From Eledone cirrhosa (lineage: Eukaryota): 64,000 nucleotides of DNA. Below the pieces are notes generated by a model, which was not told where the DNA came from, searched no databases, and saw nothing but the letters and a program-made list of their open reading frames with translations. Shown in pieces: positions 13,020 through 23,974 of the stretch. Each line of letters opens with the position of its first letter. Position 1 is the first letter of the stretch. A program made the translations under genes and the position numbers. The DNA is taken from positions 74,119 to 138,118 of the forward strand of contig CAXHJY010000519.1 of the NCBI GenBank assembly GCA_964016885.1, in the 5' to 3' direction.

Positions 13020-13611
13020 ACCTTGTGCTGACTCATGCCGGTATTATCTTTGTTCAGCTGTGTTTCAAAGGATTTGAACTCAGACCATAAAAGGCCGTAA
13101 CTCTATGCTGCAAAACTCCAGTTCACACAGCATTAACATTTTTAATAAAAGACCGATAATCTTCAAAAAGCTGGTACAATGTGGTAGAAAAAAATCTTCT
13201 TGTTCTTAAGATAACCCTGCCTCATTGAACAAGAACAAGAAGGTTTTTTTCTACCCCATTTTGTCATTCCATGAGAGTATCTTAGTCAGCCAACTCTTGT
13301 AGTCTAAATCTAAATGTTAGTTTGTGGTTAGGTGTGATACATATTGTGTTCTGTGTTATGACAATCTTAACAAGGTATTTATCCATTCAATTATTATTAA
13401 TGTGCATTTGGTTAGTATAGTATGCTACGTGTAGAGATCATGAGTTTTTCTTTCTAAGTTTTGTCTGTTGTATTTGTTGGCGTAGATTCATAGATTTACA
13501 ATAAGAATACAAAATAAAACTAGATAGGAGAATATGATAGTTGGTAATACTACTAGCCTAAATAAAATCTACAGGAAAAAACAAACGAAAATAAAAACAG
13601 AAACATCTCAC

Positions 13612-13643
13612 CGATTAGCTATAGAAAATTTATTGATAGCAAA
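13612..13643 (-). CDS. Candidate 32-nt exon (FAINKFSIANR)
   Basis: Acceptor tttctgctctgcag, donor CG|gtgaga; phase 2 end joins the 1604-1649 exon. Confidence 0.35.
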
Positions 13644-13863
13644 CTGCAGAGCAGAAATCAATACATTTGTACAGCAAGTGTGGAATAAATTGTGTTAGTA
13701 ATGATGATATTAACAGTTCAATCCATTAAAGATGACTTTATCAGTAATCACATAAAATCCCATTCTCTATTATATTCAGTGAAGATGGTTTGGGCAGTGA
13801 ATACAATGGCTGGAGAGAAATAAAGTGAGCATGCTCCAATGGATGTGCAATATTAATATATGC

Positions 13864-14420
13864 GTGGATTGGCAGTATCGGTAGAGGGTCTGACGTCATG
13901 CTTTCCAGCAAAGAGCTATGGCCCTTTCTGGTTCTGAGTTCAAATCCCGCCGAGGCTAACTTTGCCTTTCATCCTTACAGGGTCGATAAAATAAAGTACC
14001 AGTAATACACTGGGATAATTGCTGGCCTTGTGCCAAAAGTAGAAACAAATATTAAAATATATGTGGATTGGCAGTACTGGGGGAGCATTGGACTACATGC
14101 TATATGGTATAGAGTTACCGCCCTTTACAATCTGAGTTCAAATTCTGCCATGGTTAACTTTGCCTTTCATCCTTACAGGGTCGATAAAATAAAGTACCAG
14201 TAATGCACTGGTGTAATTGCTGGCCTTGTGCCTAAAGTAGAAACAATTATTATTATCATTAACGGTGGTAGATTTGCAGAATCTGTAGAGTGTCAGACTA
14301 CATGCTATATAGTATAGAGTCATGGCCCTTTACGATCTGAGTTCAAATCCTGCCATGGTTAACTTTGCCTTTCATCCGTACAGGGTCAATAAAATATTGC
14401 AGTATTGCACTGGGGTCAAT
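13864..14420 (+). mobile_element. Three tandem SINE family A copies
   Basis: Core gcctttcatcc...gtcgataaaa occurs three times. Confidence 0.85.
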
Positions 14421-14849
14421 CATTTTTTAAGGTTTTCTCTGAAATAATTGTTTTTCGTTTTGTTTTGTTTCTGCAATTTTTATGCCAGCTTATGCAACAG
14501 AAAATCAAGACTTCTGGTGGTATGAAGCATGTGATACGACAAGACAAACAGAACAGATGAACAGACAGACAGATAGATCAGAGAGCAAAATATAAAGTGT
14601 GCCATTGGTGAAAAGGACAGTATTAGCCCTGGGGTGATGGAAATGGCAGCAAGTAGAAGTGACATCAGGAGCAGCAATTATAAGAAGGGACAAGAGTAGA
14701 GTGTAGATGGGGAAGGGTGGGGAGAAAGGAAAAAAAGATAAAAAAATAAAAAGAAAGGTAAAAGGAATGTAGTAGGCCCCAGGCTATGGTGTCTGTCCAA
14801 AATAGAAAGCTAATAAATCATAGCTATGATAAAGGTAAATAAATAAACC

Positions 14850-15190
14850 AACACCACCCTCTCTCTGTAAAGTTGGTACCACAACATCCAGTCCAAATAA
14901 ATGAGATAATTAGATCGAGATCATGTAGGTGTCATGACAAAATAAAAACACAAAAAAACACACAGCCCACGCTGTAATGTGGCCGCGTAGGTAACACGGT
15001 AAAAAGTTCCCAGTTCCACACTGTAAATGTGGTTGGTGTTAGGAAGGGCATCCAGCCGTAGAAAATCTGCCAGATGGTCCTATATGAGCGAGACACGGTC
15101 ACCTAATCAACCTTGCCTCAAGTGGGACAACTCCCGTCTAACCCATGCTAGCGTGGAAGATAGACGTTAAACGATGATGATGATGATGAT
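14850..15190 (+). mobile_element. RTE-derived non-autonomous element (family C)
   Basis: Similar to 5007-5320; (GAT)n tail. Confidence 0.8.
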
Positions 15191-15195
15191 GACTG

Positions 15196-15517
15196 TGAAT
15201 GACCAAGCATAGATGAGTTGAGAGAGAAACTGTGTATAAGAGGGATAAGCTGTAGTGTGTGGGAGAGAAGACTGCATTGGTATGGACATGTGATGCGCAT
15301 GGAGGATGACCGCTGGGTGAAGAAGTGCCAGGAAATCCCAGTAGAAGGAAGACCACGAAAATCATATGCAGACGTAGTGAGAGCTGAATTCAGATCGCTG
15401 AAGTTCACGGAGGATATGACGAAGGACCGTGACGAATGGAGAAATGCTGTGCTGTATAGGACCCGTCCCAACCTTGCAAGGTGGGAAAAGCAGACATAAA
15501 ATGATGATGATGATGAT
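15196..15517 (+). mobile_element. RTE 3' fragment
   Basis: RRLHWYGHVMRMEDDRW; same tail as 2010-2433. Confidence 0.9.
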
Positions 15518-16312
15518 AAGGATGTTGTCTTGAAAATCAAGACGAAGCAGAGCATATTTGAAATTCATACAAATAATTTGATATCAATTTCTACGCTGTC
15601 ATTGATGTTTGAAAAAAAACCAAAAAAAAAAACAAAGAGAAATTTTATGTGTATTTTGGACTTCTCTTAGAAATTGATATTATAAATCTAATCTACTTAA
15701 AGACAGACAAACGGACAGCAACTGATTGAAACTTGAGATAGACATATAAATATCTATAAGTGTAATGTAAATAGTTCATCAACATTATTTGAACTACTGG
15801 TTGCGCTCTAGGTTGCACTGTATACAATATCATACAATTTGGTAAATAATTCAGTGATTGTTGAAGATAGTCAGACTTAGAGAAAGAAGTCAGTTATTCT
15901 ACAGAAATCTTTGTGAGTTATTTGTCAGGTAACATCAGTTAACTGGAATAGATAATTCATTGTAAAACTGTTACAAGTGTTTGAACTTCCAAAACTGTGC
16001 TTTGGCTATTTAGATATGTCAACCATATATTGGAGACACTCAGAAGAATTACTGTGTCACTTCCTAAAGATTAACATCCAAATTCTTCATAAGTTCTCAT
16101 ATATTGATTTCTTCTAGCAGACTATCATCTTGTATTTTGAGACAATGGGGGTAGGGGAGGCTTTACATAGTTGTTAGAGCTGCTAGAAATAGCAACCGCA
16201 TTTTTTTCAAATTGCACATTACTGTCTTAAAAATAAGAAAGTAAACTTCAACTCTTAATATCCCCCCCCCCTCTCTCTCTATATATATATATATAGATGT
16301 ATGTATATATAG

Positions 16313-16351
<39 letters not shown>

Positions 16352-16394
16352 TGGTGTAGGGCAGAACAAAAGAGAGACACAAAATAAAAACCTA

Positions 16395-16437
16395 GTCACT
16401 GAAGAGGTCACAGAATGTGTGATGAAAGAGCTTTGAT
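16395..16437 (+). ncRNA. Type I hammerhead ribozyme motif (family 1)
   Basis: GTCA-CTGAAGA-G-GTCACA gaatg TGTGAT-GAA-AGAGCT-T-TGAT. Confidence 0.55.
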
Positions 16438-16571
16438 AACATATAAACAACCATCCGGTTATTGAACCAACCAACCAACTGGAGATTTATAATAGATTGA
16501 AGTGAAAACCAACAAGTGCATATGTTTTTATTGCCAGCATGACTCTCCCAAAGTATAACAATATATATATG

Positions 16572-16631
<60 letters not shown>

Positions 16632-16829
16632 ACCCGTCCCACCCTTGCAAGCAGGGAAAAGCGGACGTAAAATGATGATGATGATGATGATGATGATATG
16701 CAAAAGTTCTATTTAAAATTGTTGGGATACAACAAGTAAATATTTATAACTGATATAAAGCACTCGACAAGTTTTTGGAGTAGATATACGATATTAAATA
16801 AATGGAAACTATATTTATAAAACCATATT

Positions 16830-16894
16830 TATTTCACTATACATATTTCAGGGATACCAAATTAAAATATGGTATGCCTTCATCAGATAAAATA
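16830..16894 (-). ncRNA. Type I hammerhead ribozyme motif (family 2)
   Basis: TATTTTAT-CTGATGA-AGGCATACCA...TGGTATCCCT-GAA-ATATGTAT-A-GTGAAATA. Confidence 0.65.
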
Positions 16895-16957
16895 TAATAT
16901 ATAAACAGTTTTATAAATAATTTTGACGTACCCTATTAGATGCAACCATTATTTTTG

Positions 16958-17022
16958 TATTTTATCTGATGAAGGCATACCATATTTTAATTTGGTATCC
17001 CTGAAATATGTATAGTGAAATA
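16958..17022 (+). ncRNA. Type I hammerhead ribozyme motif (family 2), inverted twin of 16830-16894
   Basis: Same sequence on the opposite arm of a ~110-bp inverted repeat (16784-17068). Confidence 0.65.
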
Positions 17023-17080
17023 AATATGGTTTTATAAATATAGTTTCCATTTATTTAATATCGTATATATATATATATAT

Positions 17081-17221
17081 ATTTATTAAAATAACAGATT
17101 AAAGTTTAAGCAAAGAATCATTGCTTTCACCCTTAACGGGATCTTCTGACTTTCAAAAGATCCCGTTAAGGGTGAAAGCAACGATTCTTTGCTTAAACTT
17201 TAATCTGTTATTTTAATAAAT
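17081..17221. repeat. Near-perfect 141-bp palindrome
   Basis: atttattaaaataacagatt...cccttaacgggatctt / aagatcccgttaaggg...aatctgttattttaataaat. Confidence 0.9.
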
Positions 17222-17327
17222 ATTTACTCTACGGTTCTTATATATTTGATATATATTTATCCTTATCGAGCCCTCTTTGGATTTTACTCTTCACATTTAT
17301 TATTACTATATATATATATACTTCCAC

Positions 17328-17491
17328 TCGGATGCCATGCTTTGACGTATAGAGTTACGGCCCTTGCCATTCTGAGTTCAAATCCCGCCGAGGTTAACTT
17401 TGCCTTTCATCCTTATGGGGTTGATAAAATAAAGTACCAGTAATACACTGGGTAATTGCTGGCCTTGTGCCAAAACTAGAAACAATTATTA
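17328..17491 (+). mobile_element. SINE family A, 5'-truncated
   Basis: Core and tail match family A. Confidence 0.85.
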
Positions 17492-17507
17492 CTATATATA
17501 TATATAT

Positions 17508-17554
<47 letters not shown>

Positions 17555-17560
<6 letters not shown>

Positions 17561-17741
17561 TATTATGCCTTGCTTGCAAGGGTGGGACAGGTCCTTTTCA
17601 GCAAACATCTCTCCCTTCGTCACTCACCAATCTGATGTCACCTCTCACCACCTTCGCCCATGTTTTTTGTAGTCTTCCTCTACTGCATCTTCCTTCCACT
17701 GGGATTTCTTGGCACTTCTTCATCCAGCGGCCATCTTTCAT

Positions 17742-17742
<1 letters not shown>
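17555..17742 (-). mobile_element. RTE 3' fragment
   Basis: RMKDGRWMKKCQEIPVEGRCSRGRLQKTW on the minus strand; (CAT)n tail. Confidence 0.8.
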
Positions 17743-17777
<35 letters not shown>

Positions 17778-17786
17778 ACACACACA

Positions 17787-17857
<71 letters not shown>

Positions 17858-17879
17858 CAGATAGAACTGCACAAGAACT

Positions 17880-19600
17880 CAGTGATGATGGTGGTGAGGG
17901 TGATGGTGATAGTGATGATGACGATGGTGATGGTGACGATGATGATGGTAGTGAATGTGATTGGGATGATGGTGGTGGTGATGGGGGTGATGGTGATGGT
18001 GGTGATGGTGATGGTGGTGATGGTGGTGATGGTGGTGGTGGTGATGGTGGTGATGGTGATGGTGGTGATGGTGGTGATGGTGGTGATGGTGGTGGTGGTG
18101 ATGGTGATGATGTGATGGTGATGATGGTGATGAAGGTGATGATGGTGATGAAGGTGATGGTGATGGTGATGGTGAAGGTGATGGTGATGATGGTGATGGT
18201 GATGGTGAAGGTGATGGTGATGGTGAAGGTGGTGGTGGTGATGGTGGTGATGGTGATGGTGATGGTGATGGTGGTGGTGGTGATGGTGGTGATGGTGATG
18301 GTGGTGATGGTGGTGATGGTGATGGTGATGATGGTGGTGGTGGTGATGAAGGTGATGGTGATGGTGATGGTGAAGGTGATGGTGATGATGGTGATGGTGG
18401 TGATGGTGATGGTGGTGATGGTGGTGATGGTGATGGTGATGATGGTGGTGGTGGTGATGGTGATGATGGTGGTGGTGGTGATGGTGATGGTGGTGGTGGT
18501 GATGATGTGATGGTGATGATGGTGATGATGGTGATGAAGGTGATGGTGATGGTGATGGTGAAGGTGATGGTGATGGTGATGGTGAAGGTGATGGTGATGG
18601 TGATGGTGGTGATGGTGATGGTGATGATGGTGGTGGTGGTGATGAAGGTGATGGTGATGGTGATGGTGAAGGTGATGGTGATGATGGTGATGGTGGTGAT
18701 GGTGATGGTGGTGATGAAGGTGATGGTGATGGTGATGGTGAAGGTGATGGTGATGGTGAAGGTGATGGTGATGGTGATGGTGGTGATGGTGATGGTGATG
18801 ATGGTGGTGGTGGTGATGAAGGTGATGGTGATGGTGATGGTGAAGGTGATGGTGATGATGGTGATGGTGGTGATGGTGATGGTGGTGATGGTGATGGTGA
18901 TGATGGTGGTGGTGGTGATGAAGGTGATGGTGATGGTGATGGTGAAGGTGATGGTGATGGTGAAGGTGATGGTGATGGTGATGGTGGTGATGGTGATGGT
19001 GATGATGGTGGTGGTGGTGATGAAGGTGATGGTGATGGTGATGGTGAAGGTGATGGTGATGATGGTGATGGTGGTGATGGTGATGGTGGTGATGGTGATG
19101 GTGGTGATGGTGATGATGGTGGTGGTGGTGATGGTGATGGTGGTGGTGGTGATGATGTGATGGTGATGATGGTGATGATGGTGATGAAGGTGATGGTGAT
19201 GGTGATGGTGAAGGTGATGGTGATGATGGTGATGGTGAAGGTGATGGTGATGGTGAAGGTGATGGTGATGGTGATGATGGTGATGGTGGTGATGGTGATG
19301 ATGATGGTGATGGTGATGGTGGTGGTGGTGGTGGTGGTGGTGATGGTGATGATGGTGATGGTGATGATGAATGACAATGGGGATGATAGTGATGATAATT
19401 ATAACAATGGTGATGATGATGATGATGAGGATGAGGGATGGCGATTATGATGATGATGCTTATGATGATGATGATGATGATGATGGTGATAAGGGTGGGG
19501 ATGATGATGATAACACTACTGACAATGGAAATGATAATGATGATAATTATAACGATGATGATGATGATAATTATGACGATAAGGACAACAATCATAGATT
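17880..19600. repeat. Compound (GGT/GAT/GAA)n trinucleotide array
   Basis: Directly visible; poly-H/T/V/M ORFs are artefacts. Confidence 0.95.
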
Positions 19601-19680
19601 AACTATAATTATATATTACATCAGCTTCCTAACAAGCAAGCACATCTAATATTTATATATATTTAACATAGAGTAATCTA

Positions 19681-20034
19681 TGGAGGCACATGGCTTAGTG
19701 GTTAGAGCAGGTTGTGAGTTCAATTCTCAGACCGGGTGATGTGTTGTTTCCTTGAGCAAGACACTTTATTTCACATTGCTCCAGTTTACTCAGCTGTAGA
19801 AATGAGATGATAGGGACTGGGGTCCCTATCATTCCACTGTAAAGTGGTCGTGGAGGTGCCACGGCAAAAAAGCACCCAGCACTCACTGTAAAGTGGACAT
19901 GTAGGCACCACAGCAAAAAAAGCACCCAGCACTCACTGTAAATGAGGTTGGTGTTAGGAAGGGCATCCAGCTGTAGTCCCGTCCCACCCTTGCAAGCAGG
20001 GAAAAGCAGACGTAAAATGATGATGAAATGATGA
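19681..20034 (+). mobile_element. tRNA-head/CORE-like SINE with RTE-derived body and tail (family B)
   Basis: A-box tggcttagtgg, B-box-like gagttcaattct, ccttgagcaagacactt; tail shared with RTE 2010-2433; TSD taatcta. Confidence 0.85.
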
Positions 20035-20835
20035 TAATCTACAAGGTATTATCAATTGTTTAATAGAGTTTAAAATAGGTTTAGATTAACAGTTGACAAA
20101 ATATAGTTTGTTAGTCTTAAGAGAATAACTTGATTTGCCCATCTTTATAAATTTATTATATTCATTAAATAAGCACATCTAATATTTATATATATTTAAC
20201 ATAGAGTAATCTACAAGGTATTATCAATTGTTTAATAGAGTTTAAAATAGGTTCAGATTAACAGTTGACAAAATATAGTTTGTTAGTCTTAAGAGAATAA
20301 CTTTATAAATTTATTATATTCATTAAATATACAAGCTAGTTTCTTCATCAATCTGTTCAAATAATCGATTAAATTGTTTGAAGTTGTTTTGGATTAAAAC
20401 TGTAATGTCTTGGTCACAGATGATTAAATGTAATTATTTATTTCACTTTCATCAGGTTTATAAATTTTGTCAAAAATTAAATTAAATTATTCATATATTT
20501 TTTTTTCAGTTTTCTAAAGAAGAAATATTTAATTTCTTTCTTTCTTTTCTATTTTTATTTTTTTTTGAAATGGTCGACAATATCCTAGACCTCATTCGCT
20601 TACTGATTGGGGTGGTACTCATCAAACTGGACCAAGGAAACAATGTTTTCATTGGTCTTTTCATTGCTGATACTATATACCAGTTGAAACTCCTGGCAGA
20701 AGGACTAGCATGAAGTAATGCACTGCCTGGTGCATGAAGCAAACTTGCAACTTCACGATTGCGAATCCAATTCTTTATCCACTAAGCCATGCATGGAGCA
20801 TAACCCTACCATGAAGATTTATAGTGGAGAAAGAC

Positions 20836-21920
20836 CTAAAGTTGTAATTTACCATATGGTTCATATATAAAATTTAGTTGGGAAATTTTATTTCAAATAG
20901 GAATCCTATGAAATGGATGGTTTTGTTTCATAGAACTAGAATTGGTTTTGGCTGGGTCGAACTAGAAGTAGAACTGGTTTTGGCTAGTTTGAACTAGAAC
21001 TAGAGCTGGTTTTTGCTGGGTTGAACTAGAACGAGTTTTAGATGGGTTGAAGTAGAACTGGTTTTGGCTAGTTCGAACTAGAATTAGAACTGGTTTTGGA
21101 AAGGTTGAACTAGAACTGGTTTTGGCTGGTTTGAACTAGAATTAGAACTGGTTTTGGCATGGAGGATAACTCTACCACGAAGATTTATAGTGGAGAAAGA
21201 CCTAAACGTTATGAATTGAATAATGATAATGTAGTCAGAGATATACAAACATAAAGGTGCATGGCTTAGGGGCCAGAACCAGATTTAGACCATGGGGAGC
21301 CAGAGGCAGTTCAGGTTTGGTCCCTCATATAATAAAATGCACCCACACACACACATATTTGTGTTGAATCCTCAACCACTTAACTTTCATAACTTTGACA
21401 GGTTTCGGCCAGTATTAGCCCAGGCCATGTCATTGTTGAAACAACTGTAATACTTGTCAGAACTGATGAGGAGCTAACCAATATACAACCATTTGAAAAT
21501 ATTATAGGAGGTGATGGCCATGGTTGGGAAGCTTTGATCATTGGTCACTTTGATAAGGACTGACTTAGTTTTAAACAACAACAACATTTTCAGTGAATAA
21601 GATCGCAGATCTGAAGGCCACTCACATCCTTCACAAATGAATTCTGTTGAGAAGGATGAGTACAATTCTCTATCAGCTTGATTGTTGTTGTTGTTGTCAA
21701 ACCTAATTGAGCAGAGCAATGATCAAAGGTATTCCCTCCATGGCCACCCTGTATTTATAGGGGTATATAGGACAACGTTATCTAATATGTACTTTTCTTG
21801 TTTAAAAATGTCAGTGCCCCAGCATGGCCTCAGCCTATCGTCTGAAACATGTAATAGGGTAAGTGAGTATGGTTTTAAGTACATTCAGCTACTATTTCCA
21901 GCAGGTCTTTTAGTAGTAGC

Positions 21921-21958
<38 letters not shown>

Positions 21959-22740
21959 CTGTTATTGTTGTTGTTTAGCTCCAGCTCAGTCCTGCTCAAT
22001 CATCTCCACAATCAAAGGGATTACAGTGGCGATCATCACTACTTTGTTCAACCCAGCCAAAACCAGTTCTAGTTCAACCCAGCCAAAACCAGTTCTAGTT
22101 CAAACCAGCCAAAACCAGTTCTAGTTCAACCTTGCCAAAACCAGTTCTAATTCTAGTTCAAACTAGCCAAAACCAGTTCTAGCTCAACCCAACCAAACCA
22201 GCTCTAGTTCAACCTAACACAAACCAGTTCTAGTTCTGGTTCAAACCAGCCAAAACCAGTTATAGTTCAACCCAATCAAAACCAGTTCTACTTCAAACTA
22301 GCCAAAACCAGTTTTACTTCGACCCATCTAAAACTAGTTCTAGTTCAACCCAGCCAAAACCAGCTCTAGTTCTAGTTCAAACCAGCCAAAACCAGTTCTA
22401 CTTCTAGTTTGTCCCAGCAAAACCAGTACTAGTTCAACCTAGCCCAAACCAGTTCTAATTCTAATTCAACCCATCCAAAACCAGTTCTAGTTCATCCCAT
22501 CCAAAACCAGTTCTAGTTCAACCCATCCAAAACCAGTTCTAATTCAACCCAACCAGTTCTAGTTCAACCCAGCCCAAACCAGTTCTAGTTCAACCCAGCC
22601 CAAACCAGTTCTAGTTCAAACCAGCCAAAACCAATTCTAGTTCTATGAAACAAAACCATCCATTTCAAAGGATTCTTATTTGAAATAAAATTTCCCAACT
22701 AAATTTTATATATGAACCATATGGTAAGTTACAAATTTAG
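20836..22740. repeat. Long inverted repeat pair with internal 24-30-bp subrepeat arrays (foldback-like)
   Basis: 20836-20950 is the reverse complement of 22625-22740; arrays of gaactagaactggttttggctgg at 20933-21157 (+) and 22047-22643 (-). Confidence 0.75.
21626..21643 (-). CDS. Candidate 18-nt micro-exon (NSFVKD)
   Basis: Acceptor ctcatccttctcaacag, donor GAT|gtgagt; phase 0-0. Confidence 0.3.
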
Positions 22741-23261
22741 TAATGAACTAATTAATAACTTCAGTAAATTCCACAAAATTCTTCATTAATTAATTGTAAC
22801 AGAGTGTATATCTGATGAAATACAGCCACAAAAGGGTTAAATAACAGCAACCACATCAATAACATCAACAACAACACTTGTACTGGGTATGAACTCACAA
22901 CAGATAACCTGATAGCTTAATATCTCCCCTATTTAACTATTGCAGCAATACATAGCGCAACGTATGCTAATCTTTATGTAATCCCAATATAATCTGGATA
23001 AACTGTTATATATAATATATTGATCTATTGTAGTATAATAACATACCGGATTTTATTCTATCAATGTTCAAATCTTCTCGACTTGTCACTCAGTTTAAAT
23101 ATTAGCCCCCCTCCCCATGCCTGCACTCACGCACATATTCTTGGGTTAATTAAATAATTGATATACATACATATATATATATATATATGTGTGTGTGTGT
23201 ATGTATGTATATATATGTATGTATGTATATATATGTGTATATGTATATATATATGTATTTA

Positions 23262-23300
<39 letters not shown>

Positions 23301-23374
23301 CCATATATATATATATCCATATATATATATATATATCCATATATATATATATATCCATATATATATATATATAT

Positions 23375-23412
<38 letters not shown>

Positions 23413-23462
23413 ATATATATATCCATATATATATCCATATATATATATATATATATATATAT

Positions 23463-23680
23463 GAAAAAGTATGACCCCGACGGCAGAGCTCAAGCCGTTT
23501 CGACGGCTATTTCTGGACTCCGTTTCGATGGCTATTTTGAGTCCAGAAATTGCTGTCGAAACGGCTTGAGCTCTGCCGTCGGGGTCATACTTTTTCCTAT
23601 TTCCCACTCTACTACCCTAAGTATTGAGTACTCTGGTGCATTATGGTTCATCTGGTTCCTTACCACACTTCCTTTGTTAT
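23463..23680. mobile_element. Palindromic interspersed element in TA microsatellite (Penelope-like inverted terminus?)
   Basis: 58-bp inverted arms at 23463-23596; related copy at 36690-36842 with a shorter hairpin and the same downstream segment. Confidence 0.55.
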
Positions 23681-23974
23681 ATATATATATATATATCCAT
23701 ATATATATATATATCCATATATATATATATATCCATCATTTTGTTTGACCCGTTTAGCTTGTTCGCTTTTTTGGCTATGGTGGTTAATGGCTTCTTAACC
23801 ATCGTCTCAGCGTGTATGACCATTTTAACTTATGTTTATAGCTCTGGTATCTTCTTCTTCATATCCATGGAGCGCTTGTCTGCACAATATGGAAGTTGCG
23901 TTTCGCTAATTTCTACCCGCCGAAATGCGATTCTCGCTAAATATATCCATATATATATATATATATATATATAG

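Noticed and set aside
20570-20713. Short hydrophobic plus-strand ORF MVDNILDLIRLLIGVV...
   Set aside because: Adjacent to and probably part of an old minus-strand SINE; no other support
21392-21436. Minus-strand GGCC...GGCC-GAAAC-CT-GTC hammerhead remnant
   Set aside because: CUGANGA box is destroyed and stem I is weak; at most a decayed copy
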